Positions 55,003 through 64,000 of a stretch of DNA of 64,000 nucleotides are shown here, one piece after another; position 1 is the first letter of the stretch; each line of letters starts with the position of its first letter. Source of the stretch: Myxococcota bacterium (GTDB lineage: Bacteria; Myxococcota_A; Polyangia; Nannocystales; Nannocystaceae); the NCBI GenBank assembly GCA_039028615.1, contig JBCCHT010000034.1:80944-144943 (forward strand). The letters are read 5' to 3'. A program made the translations under genes and the position numbers. The notes below the pieces were generated by a model. That model saw nothing but the letters and a program-made list of their open reading frames with translations. It had not been told where the DNA came from and searched no databases.

Positions 55003-55874
55003 TCGCCACGAAAGCCCTTCGCGGCTTGCCAAGGGACTTGGCCGTGTGTGAAATTTCGCGACCAGTGCGCGCCACTCCTCCGAAGACGCCGACCCGCTCC
55101 TCCAGCCCCACCGCGACGATTGGCTCGTGGGCCGCGCTCGTCTTGAGTTCGGCGCTCGCGCTGACCGCCTGCAAGAAAACAAAAGAGGATACCTGCAAGC
55201 CCGATGAGAAGGGCTTCGCCAAGGTTCGACTGGTGCTCCAGCCGACCGAAGAGATCAACCTCGATCCGGAAGGTACGCCTCGCGCCACGAGCGTGCGCAT
55301 CTACCAGCTCAAGAACGGTCGCACGCTCGACGTCCCGCTCGACTTCCGCGAGGTCTGGCAGAACGCCGAGGAGGTCTTCGGAGAGGAGTTCCTCAAGGTC
55401 GAGGAGCTGACCGTCTATCCCGGCAAGCCGGACGTGGTGGAGATCGAGCCCGAGGAGGAGGCCACCCACTTCGTGGCCGCGGCGATCTTCCGCGAGCCGG
55501 CCGGAACCTCTTGGTACTCGGAGTGGACGGTGCCGCTGTACCACGGCCATTCGGTGTGCGCGGCCGAGAAGAAGTCCGAGGTCTACGAGGACCCCTGCTT
55601 CCTGCTCTTCATCGAGGGCAACCAGATCGACGGCGGGCACAAGCCGCCGCCCGGGATGGACGAGGATGCGATTCCCATCACCTGCCCGCCGCCCCCGCTG
55701 AAGGTGAAGCCGGCCCCGCCGGCCGAGGGTAAGAAGAAGAAAAAGAAGAAGGGCAAAGGCAAGGACGCGGCCGCGGGCGCCCAAGATGCCGCGGGCAAGG
55801 GCCAGGACGCCGCGGGCAAGGGCCAAGGCGCGGCCGATGCGGTGAGCAACCCCCCGGCTCCGGGGAAAGGCTAG
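54999..55874 (+). CDS. tssJ: T6SS lipoprotein TssJ with basic low-complexity tail
   Basis: Lipobox LTAC; INLDPEG...VRIYQLK; FVAAAIFRE; precedes tssK. Start uncertain. Confidence 0.85.
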   Translation: MIATKALRGLPRDLAVCEISRPVRATPPKTPTRSSSPTATIGSWAALVLSSALALTACKKTKEDTCKPDEKGFAKVRLVLQPTEEINLDPEGTPRATSVRIYQLKNGRTLDVPLDFREVWQNAEEVFGEEFLKVEELTVYPGKPDVVEIEPEEEATHFVAAAIFREPAGTSWYSEWTVPLYHGHSVCAAEKKSEVYEDPCFLLFIEGNQIDGGHKPPPGMDEDAIPITCPPPPLKVKPAPPAEGKKKKKKKGKGKDAAAGAQDAAGKGQDAAGKGQGAADAVSNPPAPGKG

Positions 55875-55879
55875 CGAAG

Positions 55880-57259
55880 ATGGCGCGACGGTATCTCGAC
55901 CGTGTGGTGTGGAGCGAGGGCATGCTGATGTGCCCTCAGCACCTTCAGCAGAACGACCTCTTCCACGAGGCCACGCTCGCCGCCCGACTGGCCGCGCTCA
56001 GCCCCTTCAACCATGGGGTCATGACGCAGACGATCGACGAAGGCGAGCTCAAGAGCGGCGTCTTCAAGGTCTCTGCGTTCAGCGGCGTGCTGTCCAACGG
56101 CCTGCCCCTGGACTACGGCATCGGTGACGCGGGCGGCCCCCCGAGCCGCCCGATCGAGGAGCACTTCTCGAGCACGGCGACGACGCTCGAGGCCCACCTG
56201 GCCGTGCCCTCCGCTCGCGAGGGCATCCCGAACTTCCAGGACGCGGTCGATGACTCGGCCAACGCCCGCTACAAGACGATCAACCGCCCGGTCCCCGACC
56301 TCACCATCGCCAAGACGGAGCAGATCATCGGCTTCGGGCGCCCCAACGTGGTGCTGTTGTTCGGCAACGAGTCGCGCGAGGACTTCGAGACCCTCAAGAT
56401 CGCCGAGATCGTCCGCGACGCGACCGGCTCGTTCTCGCTGTCGAGCAACTTCATCCCCTCGTGCCTGTACATCTCGGGCTCGACCGTCCTGGCCACCTAC
56501 GCCCAGGACCTGCTGTCGTTGATGCTGACCAAGCAGCGCTCTTTGTCGGAGACGCGCCGCCAGATCGACGCCGCGAGCGTGGAGTTCACCTCGCAGGACA
56601 TCACCCGTTTCCTGCTGCTCAACGCTCTGAACACGCACATCCCGGTGGTGCGGCACATCGTCGAGGGGCAGCAGGCCTCTCCGCTGGCCCTGTTCCTCAC
56701 CCTGATCCAGCTGGCGGGCGAGCTGACCTCGTTCTCGAGCGAGGTCGACCCCTCCACCTTCCCCAAGTTCAACTACAACGATCTGCGCTCGACCTTCGAG
56801 CCGCTGGTCGCGTCGATCAACCAGATGCTCGGGGCGACGGTCCGCGAGCGCTGCATCACCGTGCCGCTCGAGTCCCGCGCCGACGGCATGTGGATCGGCC
56901 AGCTCAAGGACGAGCGCCTCGTTCGCTGCCCGCGCTACGTGCTCGCGGTCGAGGCCCAGTCGCCGCAGCAGGAGACGGCCAACCGTCTGCCCAAGCTGTC
57001 GAAGATCGCGTCCTGGAAGCAGATCAACGCCATCGTGCAGTCGGCCACGCCCGGCGCACCGCTGGTCAACACCCATCGGCCCCCGGCCGAGATTCCGGTT
57101 CGACCCAAGCAGGTCTACTTCAACGTACGGACCGAGGACCGCTACTGGCGGCAGATCCTGCAGGAGAAGACCATCGCCTTGTACCTTCCGCCTCCCTTCG
57201 ACCCCTCCAAGGCCAAGATCAAGCTGATGGGGATCCCCGATCGGAACACGAAGCCCTGA
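55880..57259 (+). CDS. tssK: T6SS baseplate TssK
   Basis: VVWSEGMLMCPQHLQQND, FIPSCL, LAGEL. Confidence 0.95.
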   Translation: MARRYLDRVVWSEGMLMCPQHLQQNDLFHEATLAARLAALSPFNHGVMTQTIDEGELKSGVFKVSAFSGVLSNGLPLDYGIGDAGGPPSRPIEEHFSSTATTLEAHLAVPSAREGIPNFQDAVDDSANARYKTINRPVPDLTIAKTEQIIGFGRPNVVLLFGNESREDFETLKIAEIVRDATGSFSLSSNFIPSCLYISGSTVLATYAQDLLSLMLTKQRSLSETRRQIDAASVEFTSQDITRFLLLNALNTHIPVVRHIVEGQQASPLALFLTLIQLAGELTSFSSEVDPSTFPKFNYNDLRSTFEPLVASINQMLGATVRERCITVPLESRADGMWIGQLKDERLVRCPRYVLAVEAQSPQQETANRLPKLSKIASWKQINAIVQSATPGAPLVNTHRPPAEIPVRPKQVYFNVRTEDRYWRQILQEKTIALYLPPPFDPSKAKIKLMGIPDRNTKP

Positions 57260-57301
57260 AGCCCGCTCCGTCGGGTTCCCCCAGCCACCGAGTAAAGCAC
57301 C

Positions 57302-57970
57302 ATGGAGCGCGTCAACGAGGTCTCGGCCGAGTGTTTCAATGCCTTGGTCCAGCTCCGCAGCCTCGCCGACGAGGGGCATCTCGCGCCCGAGATGTTCCAC
57401 TCGCGGCTCATCTCGTTCATCGACGGGGTGTTCATGAAAGGCCGGCAGGCGGGCATGCAAGAGCACGATGTCCAGGACATCGCCTATGCCCTCGTCGCCC
57501 TGGCGGACGAGCTGGCCCTGCGCAAGCCCGGAGGGGTGCGGGACATCTGGATGTCCAACCCGCTCCAGCTGCACTACTTCAACGAAAACGTGGCGGGTGA
57601 AGTCTTCTTCCAGCGCCTCGAGTACCTGATCCGCGATCCGTCGCGCATCGAGGTGCTGCGGATCTACTACCAGTGCCTGCTCTTCGGCTTCCAGGGCAAG
57701 TACGCGATCCGTGGCGGTGAGCTCGAGCTCGCCGCCGTCACCCGCCGAGCCCAAGACGCGCTCGGCGGCCTGCTGCGGCCCGAGCCGCTGTCCACCCGGC
57801 ACCTGCGGCCCAAGGAGCGCATCAACCGGCAGCGTCAGGGCTACCTGACGATCTGGATCGGCTTGTTCGCGCTGCTCTTCGCGCTGACCCTGCTCATCGT
57901 CCTGCGGATGTCCCTCAACCAGCAGACCGAGACCCAGTCCAAGCGCATCGAAGCGATGGTCAACGGCTGA
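57302..57970 (+). CDS. tssL: T6SS TssL/DotU (no OmpA domain)
   Basis: YALVALADE, WMSNPLQLHYFNENVAGEVFFQRL, CLLFGFQGKY, C-terminal TM. Confidence 0.95.
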   Translation: MERVNEVSAECFNALVQLRSLADEGHLAPEMFHSRLISFIDGVFMKGRQAGMQEHDVQDIAYALVALADELALRKPGGVRDIWMSNPLQLHYFNENVAGEVFFQRLEYLIRDPSRIEVLRIYYQCLLFGFQGKYAIRGGELELAAVTRRAQDALGGLLRPEPLSTRHLRPKERINRQRQGYLTIWIGLFALLFALTLLIVLRMSLNQQTETQSKRIEAMVNG

Positions 57971-57988
57971 ACGTAGGAGGTCGATCCG

Positions 57989-60900
57989 ATGCTCAAGTAC
58001 ATATTTTCGGTGCTCCTGATCGCAGCCGTCTGGACGACGGTCCTGCTGCTGGAGCTGCCCATGTGGATCGCCATCGTCGCCACGGTGGTCATCCTCACCA
58101 TTTTGATCACGGTCGTCGTCTACCGGATCTACAAGGCCAAGAAGGCCGCCAAGGAGATCGAGAAGGCTCTCCAGGCGCAGGCCGATCAGCACGCATCCCG
58201 AGCCCGGCCGGACCTCCAGGCCGACATCGAGGCGATGCGCGGCGAGTTCACCAAGGCGGTCGCGGCCCTCAAGACCTCCAAGCTCGGAGGCAAGAGCGCG
58301 GCCGAGGCCCTCTACGCCCTGCCCTGGTACATGATCATCGGGCCTCCGGGCTCGGGTAAGTCCACCGCGCTGCGCAACTCGGGCCTGCGCTTCCCCTACC
58401 TCAGCAAGAGCGGCGGCGGCGTGCAGGGCGTCGGCGGTACGCGGAACTGCCAATGGTGGATGACCAACGACGCGGTCATCCTCGACACCGCCGGTCGCTA
58501 CACCACCGAGGACTCGGACCACGAAGAGTGGATGTCGTTCCTCGAGCTGCTCAAGCGCAACCGCCCCAAGGCTCCGGTCAACGGGGTCATGGTCGCCATC
58601 GCCGTCACCGACCTCATCGACGCCCACGTCGACGAGGTCATCGCCCGCGCTCGCGAGATTCGCTCCCGCATCGACGAGGTGATGAACCGGCTCGAGATGG
58701 TGGTGCCGGTCTACCTGCTGTTCACCAAGTGCGACCTGCTGCCGGGCTTCGTCGAGACCTTCGGCGACCTGGGCAACAACGAGCGCAGCCAGATCTGGGG
58801 CTTCACCTTCCCCGTCACCAAGAAGATCCGCGATCCCATCGGGGCCTTCGCCGAGCGTTTCACCGAGCTGTCGGCCACCATCGAGCGCCGCGCGGTGCGG
58901 CGCATGAGCGAGGAGCGGAGCTTCGAGGGGCGCGACAAGATCTACGCGTTCCCGCAGTACTTCGAGCCCATGCGCGACAGCCTGGCGACCTTCGCCGGGG
59001 AGCTGTTCGCCGAGAACATCTACAACGAGTCGCCGATCATGCGGGGCTGCTACTTCACCAGTGGCACCCAGGAGGGCCGCCCCATCGATCGGATCATGAA
59101 CTCCATGGCCGAGGCGTTCGGGGTCCAGCCCCGCATGCAGATGAGCGCGCAGCCTCAGCACGTCGAGGCCAAGAGCTACTTCCTCGGCCAGCTCTTCACC
59201 AAGGTCATCTTCCCCGACAAGTTCCTGGCCAGCCGCTCGGCGGCCCGGGTGCGGCGCAAGAAGCTCATCGGGCACGGCATCGGGGCCGGCCTCATCGCCG
59301 CGGCCGGCGGCACCGTGGTGCTGCCCGTCGTCTCCTTCCAGAACAACCGCGAGCTGCTCACAGAGACCAACGAGGCCGTCGCCAAGGTCAACGAGCACTA
59401 CGCCAACAAGGAAGAGACCGGCGACGTCCGGCCGATCCACATCAAGAACATCGAGCCGCTGCGCAAGGTCGAGCGCAAGCTGACCGAGTACGACGAGGAC
59501 GGTCCTCCCTGGCTCAGCCGCATGGGCATGTACCAGGGCGCCACCGTCTCGCCGGCCATTCGCGACCTGTACTTCACCGCGGTCCGCGAGGAGCTCTTGG
59601 TCCCCATCCGCGACATGGAGATCCGCGAGCTCAAGCGCTTCAAGCGGCAGTACACCGGCGTCGACGATCCTGCGCCGGACGACAAGCACGTGGAGATGAA
59701 GGACCGTCTCCGCATGTACCTGCTCATCACCGCGCCCGTCGACGGTGAGCGGCCCGAGTCCGAGCCCGGCCTCACCGAAGAAGAGCAGGCCTGGCTGACC
59801 GAGCGCATCGCCAACATGTGGGAGAAGCCGCTCGAGAACGCGGGCGACGTCGCCAGCAAGAGCGAGATGCGCAGCGTGGCGAGTGCCTACATCGCCATCC
59901 TGGCGGAAGAGCCGGAGCGGCTCTTCGAGCGCGACGACGCCCTGGTCAAGGCGGTCCGCAAGATCCTGGTCCGCACCGACCTGACGCAGTCGCTGCTCAC
60001 CCAGATCCTCGCCGAGGTCGACGCTCCCGACATCGACCTCAAGCTCGCCACCAACACACGCGGCGCGCTCAAGAACGACAACAAGAAGATCCGCGGCGCC
60101 TACACCCGCACGGCGTGGGACGAGTACCTCCGCGACCGGCTCTACGCTCCGCTCGGCGACCTCATGGGCGACGAGTGGGTCCTCGGCATCACCGAAGAGG
60201 AGATGAAGGAGGATCGCGACAAGCAGCAGGCCGCCCTGCGCTCGATGTACTTCGATCAGTACATCCAAGAGTGGAAGCAGTTCATCAACGCGATCTACGT
60301 GGAGCGCCCCGACAACTACGCGGCGGTGCTCAAGACGCTCGAAGACCTCACCCGCAACCCGGGCTCCTTCAAGCGGCTGTGCCAGTACGTCCACTATCAC
60401 ACCAACCTCCTGCCGCCCGAGCCCGACCTCGGGGACGAAGCCGGCGACGCGCTCCTCGACGGGGCCAAGAAAGCCGGCGGCAAGGCGCTCGAGAAAAAGG
60501 GCGGCAAGGCGGGCAAGGCCGCCGCGGGCCTGGCCGCCAAGGCGAAGAAGCGCGGCCCGGCCGGAGGCTCGCTGCTGACCGACGAGTTCAAGGTCACCGC
60601 GAGCTTCGAGGGCCTGGCCGCGTTCGGCTACGCCGAGGCCCCGCCTGCCCCCGAGGGTGCGCCGCCCCTGCCCGCGGCCAGCGTGCCGATCGACGACTAC
60701 CAAGAGGAGCTGCGCAAGCTCCGAACCGCGGTCAAGGGCAAGATCGACAACGACGGCGAGGAGGACACCAAGGCGCTGGCCGCCGCGGTGAAGTCGGCCG
60801 GCGACATGGTCGACACCCTGCTCAACGACAACGACACCAAGGGGTGGAACACCACCCTGAGCAAGTGGCTACGACCGCCCATCCGCGCGCTCGAGCAGGT

Positions 60901-61690
60901 CACCCGCGGCGACGAGGCCGGCAACCTCACCAAGGCCTGGTGCGACGAGGTCGTCAACCCCTGGAAGAAGCTGGTCAAGCGCTACCCCTTCAACCCGAAG
61001 GGCCGCGAGGTCACCCTCGCCGACTTCGACGCCTTCTTCGCCCCCGAGACGGGCAAGGTCTGGTCGTTCTACGCCTCGGTGCTCCCCGCCCGCGTTCCCC
61101 GACGCCACAACGGCTACGAGATCGTCACGCGCGGGGCCAAGGTCAGCAACGCCATCAACCCCAAGATCGCCGACTTCCTCAACCGAGCCCAGGACGTCAC
61201 CGCGGTGATGTATCCGCCGGGCAAGGGCGGGGTGAATTTCGAGTTCGACGTGCAGGTCCAGGGTGCTCGCCAGGGCGAAGAGGTGCGCAGCACCGTCTTC
61301 AGCGTCGACGGCCAGCGCATCGACTATCGCAACGGCCCGCTCGAGTGGAAGCCCATCGTCTGGCCGGGCGAAGAGGATCCCAAGGGCAGCATCAAGGCGC
61401 TGGGCTTCCAGGGCACGGGTGAGGTCGGACCCTTCGAGGGCGAATGGGGCCTGTTCCGTCTGCTCGAAGAAGGCACCGACACCGGTGACGCCAACAAGGA
61501 CACCTTCAAGTTCGAGTGGGACATCCGCGATCAAGGCGTCGGCATCATCACCGTGGTCATTCGGCCCAAGCTGGACGACACCCCCATCTACGGCACCCGT
61601 GCCCGTGGGGTAAAGTTCATGCAGATCTTCCGGCACCCCGACCTCGCGCCACCCAAGTCGATCATCGCGGGCGGCTCTACCTGCAAGTGA
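57989..61690 (+). CDS. tssM: T6SS membrane subunit TssM/IcmF
   Basis: LYALPWYMIIGPPGSGKST, DTAGRY, PVYLLFTKCDLLPGF, RGCYFTSGTQEG, YPF, GEWGLFRLL. Confidence 0.96.
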   Translation: MLKYIFSVLLIAAVWTTVLLLELPMWIAIVATVVILTILITVVVYRIYKAKKAAKEIEKALQAQADQHASRARPDLQADIEAMRGEFTKAVAALKTSKLGGKSAAEALYALPWYMIIGPPGSGKSTALRNSGLRFPYLSKSGGGVQGVGGTRNCQWWMTNDAVILDTAGRYTTEDSDHEEWMSFLELLKRNRPKAPVNGVMVAIAVTDLIDAHVDEVIARAREIRSRIDEVMNRLEMVVPVYLLFTKCDLLPGFVETFGDLGNNERSQIWGFTFPVTKKIRDPIGAFAERFTELSATIERRAVRRMSEERSFEGRDKIYAFPQYFEPMRDSLATFAGELFAENIYNESPIMRGCYFTSGTQEGRPIDRIMNSMAEAFGVQPRMQMSAQPQHVEAKSYFLGQLFTKVIFPDKFLASRSAARVRRKKLIGHGIGAGLIAAAGGTVVLPVVSFQNNRELLTETNEAVAKVNEHYANKEETGDVRPIHIKNIEPLRKVERKLTEYDEDGPPWLSRMGMYQGATVSPAIRDLYFTAVREELLVPIRDMEIRELKRFKRQYTGVDDPAPDDKHVEMKDRLRMYLLITAPVDGERPESEPGLTEEEQAWLTERIANMWEKPLENAGDVASKSEMRSVASAYIAILAEEPERLFERDDALVKAVRKILVRTDLTQSLLTQILAEVDAPDIDLKLATNTRGALKNDNKKIRGAYTRTAWDEYLRDRLYAPLGDLMGDEWVLGITEEEMKEDRDKQQAALRSMYFDQYIQEWKQFINAIYVERPDNYAAVLKTLEDLTRNPGSFKRLCQYVHYHTNLLPPEPDLGDEAGDALLDGAKKAGGKALEKKGGKAGKAAAGLAAKAKKRGPAGGSLLTDEFKVTASFEGLAAFGYAEAPPAPEGAPPLPAASVPIDDYQEELRKLRTAVKGKIDNDGEEDTKALAAAVKSAGDMVDTLLNDNDTKGWNTTLSKWLRPPIRALEQVTRGDEAGNLTKAWCDEVVNPWKKLVKRYPFNPKGREVTLADFDAFFAPETGKVWSFYASVLPARVPRRHNGYEIVTRGAKVSNAINPKIADFLNRAQDVTAVMYPPGKGGVNFEFDVQVQGARQGEEVRSTVFSVDGQRIDYRNGPLEWKPIVWPGEEDPKGSIKALGFQGTGEVGPFEGEWGLFRLLEEGTDTGDANKDTFKFEWDIRDQGVGIITVVIRPKLDDTPIYGTRARGVKFMQIFRHPDLAPPKSIIAGGSTCK

Positions 61691-61721
61691 GACCCTCTCA
61701 CCCAACAAGGTCTCGAACCAC

Positions 61722-62678
61722 GTGAACCCTCGCCTCGGACTCTTCGGCAAGCTCGCCGCCATGGGTGACTTCGTCGCCTACAACGCGTCGACTCCCACCG
61801 GACGAGAGCTCGACAGTTGGTTGCAGGCCGGTGTCGACACCGTCATCCGACGGGGCAAGAACCTTCCGCCCTACCCCGTTCACTTCCTGTTCTGCGACTC
61901 CACCCACTCGGGGGCCTGCGTGGGCGTATTTGTCCCCAGTCAGGACGGAGTCGGCCGCAAGTTTCCCCTGGCCGCGTTCATCTACCTCGACATGGCGGTG
62001 GCCGTGCATCGGTTCCCCGCCCTGCCCGCGGCTTATGCGCCCTGGCTCGACGGGGCGGCCGCGCTGCTCGCCCAAAACGCGACCGCCGACCCGAACGCGC
62101 TGCTCCAACACCTCGCGGCCATCCCCGTGCCCGCGCCCCAAGAGCTCGAAGAGGCGCGGCTTTGGGGACATCAGGCGCTCACGGCCACCCCGAGCCAGGC
62201 GCTGCTCGAGGCCGTGTTCGGGCCGATCGCCAGCGGAGTCCAGTACCACGGGCTCAACATGTTCCTCACCGCCTGCTCGCAGTTGCGGGGCCAAGACCCC
62301 GGACTCGCGGCGACGGTGCTCGAGTGCAGAGCATCGGACAACGTTCAGTTGGTATTCTGGCTACAGTTCGCATACGAGGTCCTGGGCTGGCGTACGGCAC
62401 CTCCAGGCCTATTTTGGAGCGGCGCGGACTCACAGGATCCCCGGCTGATGGTGTCGCTGGGTACCCCCGATCCGGGCGTGTTCCACTATCTGGCCGACCC
62501 GACGCTCAGGTCCGAACGTCTGTGGCCGACGATCACTGACAACGCGCGCAGCATCGACCACGGGCGGCAGAGCCTCGACCCCTCGATCCTCAAGGCGCTC
62601 GACCCCCCCTGCGCCACCGCGTCGCAGCTCCTGGCGTCGTTGATCGCCCCCTCCCACGCCTCGTCCTCGCCCGAGTGA
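61722..62678 (+). CDS. tagF: T6SS-associated TagF
   Basis: GLFGKLAAMGDFV, LDSWLQAG, GVFVPSQDGVGRKFPL. Confidence 0.9.
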   Translation: MNPRLGLFGKLAAMGDFVAYNASTPTGRELDSWLQAGVDTVIRRGKNLPPYPVHFLFCDSTHSGACVGVFVPSQDGVGRKFPLAAFIYLDMAVAVHRFPALPAAYAPWLDGAAALLAQNATADPNALLQHLAAIPVPAPQELEEARLWGHQALTATPSQALLEAVFGPIASGVQYHGLNMFLTACSQLRGQDPGLAATVLECRASDNVQLVFWLQFAYEVLGWRTAPPGLFWSGADSQDPRLMVSLGTPDPGVFHYLADPTLRSERLWPTITDNARSIDHGRQSLDPSILKALDPPCATASQLLASLIAPSHASSSPE

Positions 62679-62734
62679 CGGGCCCGGGACGGGGACGGCC
62701 GGCCGCCGGGTCGTGGGTCGGCTCGGGGTGACCG

Positions 62735-62765
62735 ACGAGACCCGAAAAGAAACGAACGAGACCCG
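62735..62765 (+). promoter_or_regulatory. Direct repeat ACGAGACCCG x2, 21-bp period, upstream of tssB
   Basis: Copies at 62735-62744 and 62756-62765, separated by an A-rich spacer. Confidence 0.45.
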
Positions 62766-62876
62766 GGTCGCCTGGCTCCCAACGGTCGCCATTTCTGATA
62801 GCCTGCGACCTCCCAGAAGGTCTGGCTCAGCAGACCCTGGGCAAGCTTTCCCGCTTCCCACCACGAGGATATCAGG

Positions 62877-63386
62877 ATGCCGAAAGAAGGATCCGTCGCG
62901 CCGAAGGAGCGCGTCAACATCGTCTATAAGCCGGCCGTAGACGGCGCCGAAGAGGTCGAGCTCCCGCTGAAGATCCTCGCCATCGGTGATTACACCGGGC
63001 GCGCCGACGACCGAGCGGTGGAAGATCGCAAGCCGATCAATATCGACAAGGACAACTTCAACGAGGTCATGGAGAAGCATGAGCTCGGGGTCGACCTCAG
63101 CGTGGCCGACAAGCTCTCGGGTGACGCCGATGCCGAGCTGGCCCTGTCGCTCAAGTTCAAGAACCTCAAGGACTTCACCCCCGAAGGCGTCGCGGCTCAG
63201 GTGCCGGAGCTCAAGCAGCTGCTCGAGCTTCGCAACGCGCTGACCGCCCTCAAGGGTCCCTTGGGCAACCGCCCCGCGTTCCGCAAGCAGCTTCAAAACC
63301 TGCTGGGCGACGAGGCCTCGCGCAAAAAACTCATGGACGAGCTCGGAATGGGCGAGGGCGGTGGCGAGGGCGGCGGCGGCGAGTAA
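62877..63386 (+). CDS. tssB: T6SS sheath small subunit TssB
   Basis: SVAPKERVNIVY, VELPLK, IDKDNFNEVM, DFTPEGVAAQVPELKQLLELRNALTALKGPL. Confidence 0.96.
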   Translation: MPKEGSVAPKERVNIVYKPAVDGAEEVELPLKILAIGDYTGRADDRAVEDRKPINIDKDNFNEVMEKHELGVDLSVADKLSGDADAELALSLKFKNLKDFTPEGVAAQVPELKQLLELRNALTALKGPLGNRPAFRKQLQNLLGDEASRKKLMDELGMGEGGGEGGGGE

Positions 63387-63448
63387 TCGTCGTCCAGCAC
63401 TCGCACCACCGACCACTGCAACAACTCACCACGTAACGGGTGTAGACG

Positions 63449-64000
63449 ATGGCAGAAGAGCAACAGCAAGCAGCCGGAGCAACGACCACCGAGTCGGGTT
63501 CGCTCCTCGACGAGCTCCTTTCCGAGGCGAAGGTCACCCCTGAACAAGAGACCTACGCCATCGCACGACAGGGCGTAGAGACCTTCATCACCGAGGTCCT
63601 CAGCTCGTCCGACAAGTACCGCAAGATCGACAAGGCCGCGGTCGACGTGATGATCGCCGAGCTCGATCAGCGTCTGTCGGCTCAGATCAACGAGATCCTC
63701 CACCACAACGAGTTCCAGAAGCTGGAGTCGGCGTGGCGCGGGCTCAAGTACCTCATCGACAACGTCAACTTCCGCGAGAACGTGCGGGTCGAGGTACTCA
63801 ACTGCTCCAAGCAGGACCTGCTCGACGACTTCGAGGACTCCCCGGAGATCCCCAAGTCGGGCCTGTACCGCACGGTGTACTCGGCCGAGTACGGCACCTT
63901 CGGCGGCAAGCCCTTCGGGCTGATGGTCTCCAACTACGACCTGGGCCCCGGGCCGCAGGACGTGCAGCTGCTGCAGAACTGCGCCTCGGTGGCCGCGATG
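63449..64000 (+). CDS. tssC: T6SS sheath large subunit TssC (5' part; runs off the window)
   Basis: Hand-translated from ATG 63449: ...IAELDQRLSAQINEILHHNEFQKLESAWRGLKYL...SGLYRTVYSAEYGTFGGKPFG...CASVAAM. Absent from the ORF track. Confidence 0.95.
   Translation, partial: MAEEQQQAAGATTTESGSLLDELLSEAKVTPEQETYAIARQGVETFITEVLSSSDKYRKIDKAAVDVMIAELDQRLSAQINEILHHNEFQKLESAWRGLKYLIDNVNFRENVRVEVLNCSKQDLLDDFEDSPEIPKSGLYRTVYSAEYGTFGGKPFGLMVSNYDLGPGPQDVQLLQNCASVAAM

Noticed and set aside
55871..60703. 1610-aa antisense ORF over tssK-tssL-tssM
   Set aside because: Shadow frame of high-GC3 genes, where stop codons are rare on the opposite strand; no recognisable motifs.
45548..64000. T6SS lacking tssA, vgrG and PAAR as a novel reduced system
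   Set aside because: The locus is cut by the window edge within tssC, so the missing genes may lie downstream.

Overview
Very GC-rich chromosomal DNA that looks myxobacterial (probably Nannocystaceae-like). This is inferred from the gene content: a Ser/Thr kinase-TPR protein, many lipoproteins with acidic/Pro linkers and an FHA-CpaF fusion. From left to right: (1) an SNF2 helicase followed by a large N6-adenine methyltransferase (DISARM drmD-drmMI-like), cut by the window edge and missed by the ORF track; (2) an RNase HI with a viroplasmin domain and assorted enzymes; (3) a three-gene YqiJ/NfeD-like, flotillin and 1947-aa AAA+ ATPase operon with structured non-coding segments; (4) regulators and secreted or hypothetical proteins; (5) from about 38.7 kb to the right edge, a type VI secretion locus (tagH, clpV, tssG/F/E, hcp on one strand; FHA-CpaF-like, tssJ/K/L/M, tagF, tssB, partial tssC on the other). 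Two things stand out. First, a four-gene cassette lies between clpV and tagH: a V4R/H-NOX-like sensor kinase lacking its phosphoacceptor His, a ThDP enzyme, and two citrate-synthase-fold proteins lacking the canonical catalytic residues. It is a candidate small-molecule make-and-sense module. Second, a catalytically dead FHA-Pro-rich-CpaF/TadA protein heads the T6SS membrane-complex operon. Apparent pseudoenzymes recur across the window. I saw no rRNA, tRNA, CRISPR array, integrase or transposase. All calls come from motif recognition by eye, not from database searches.
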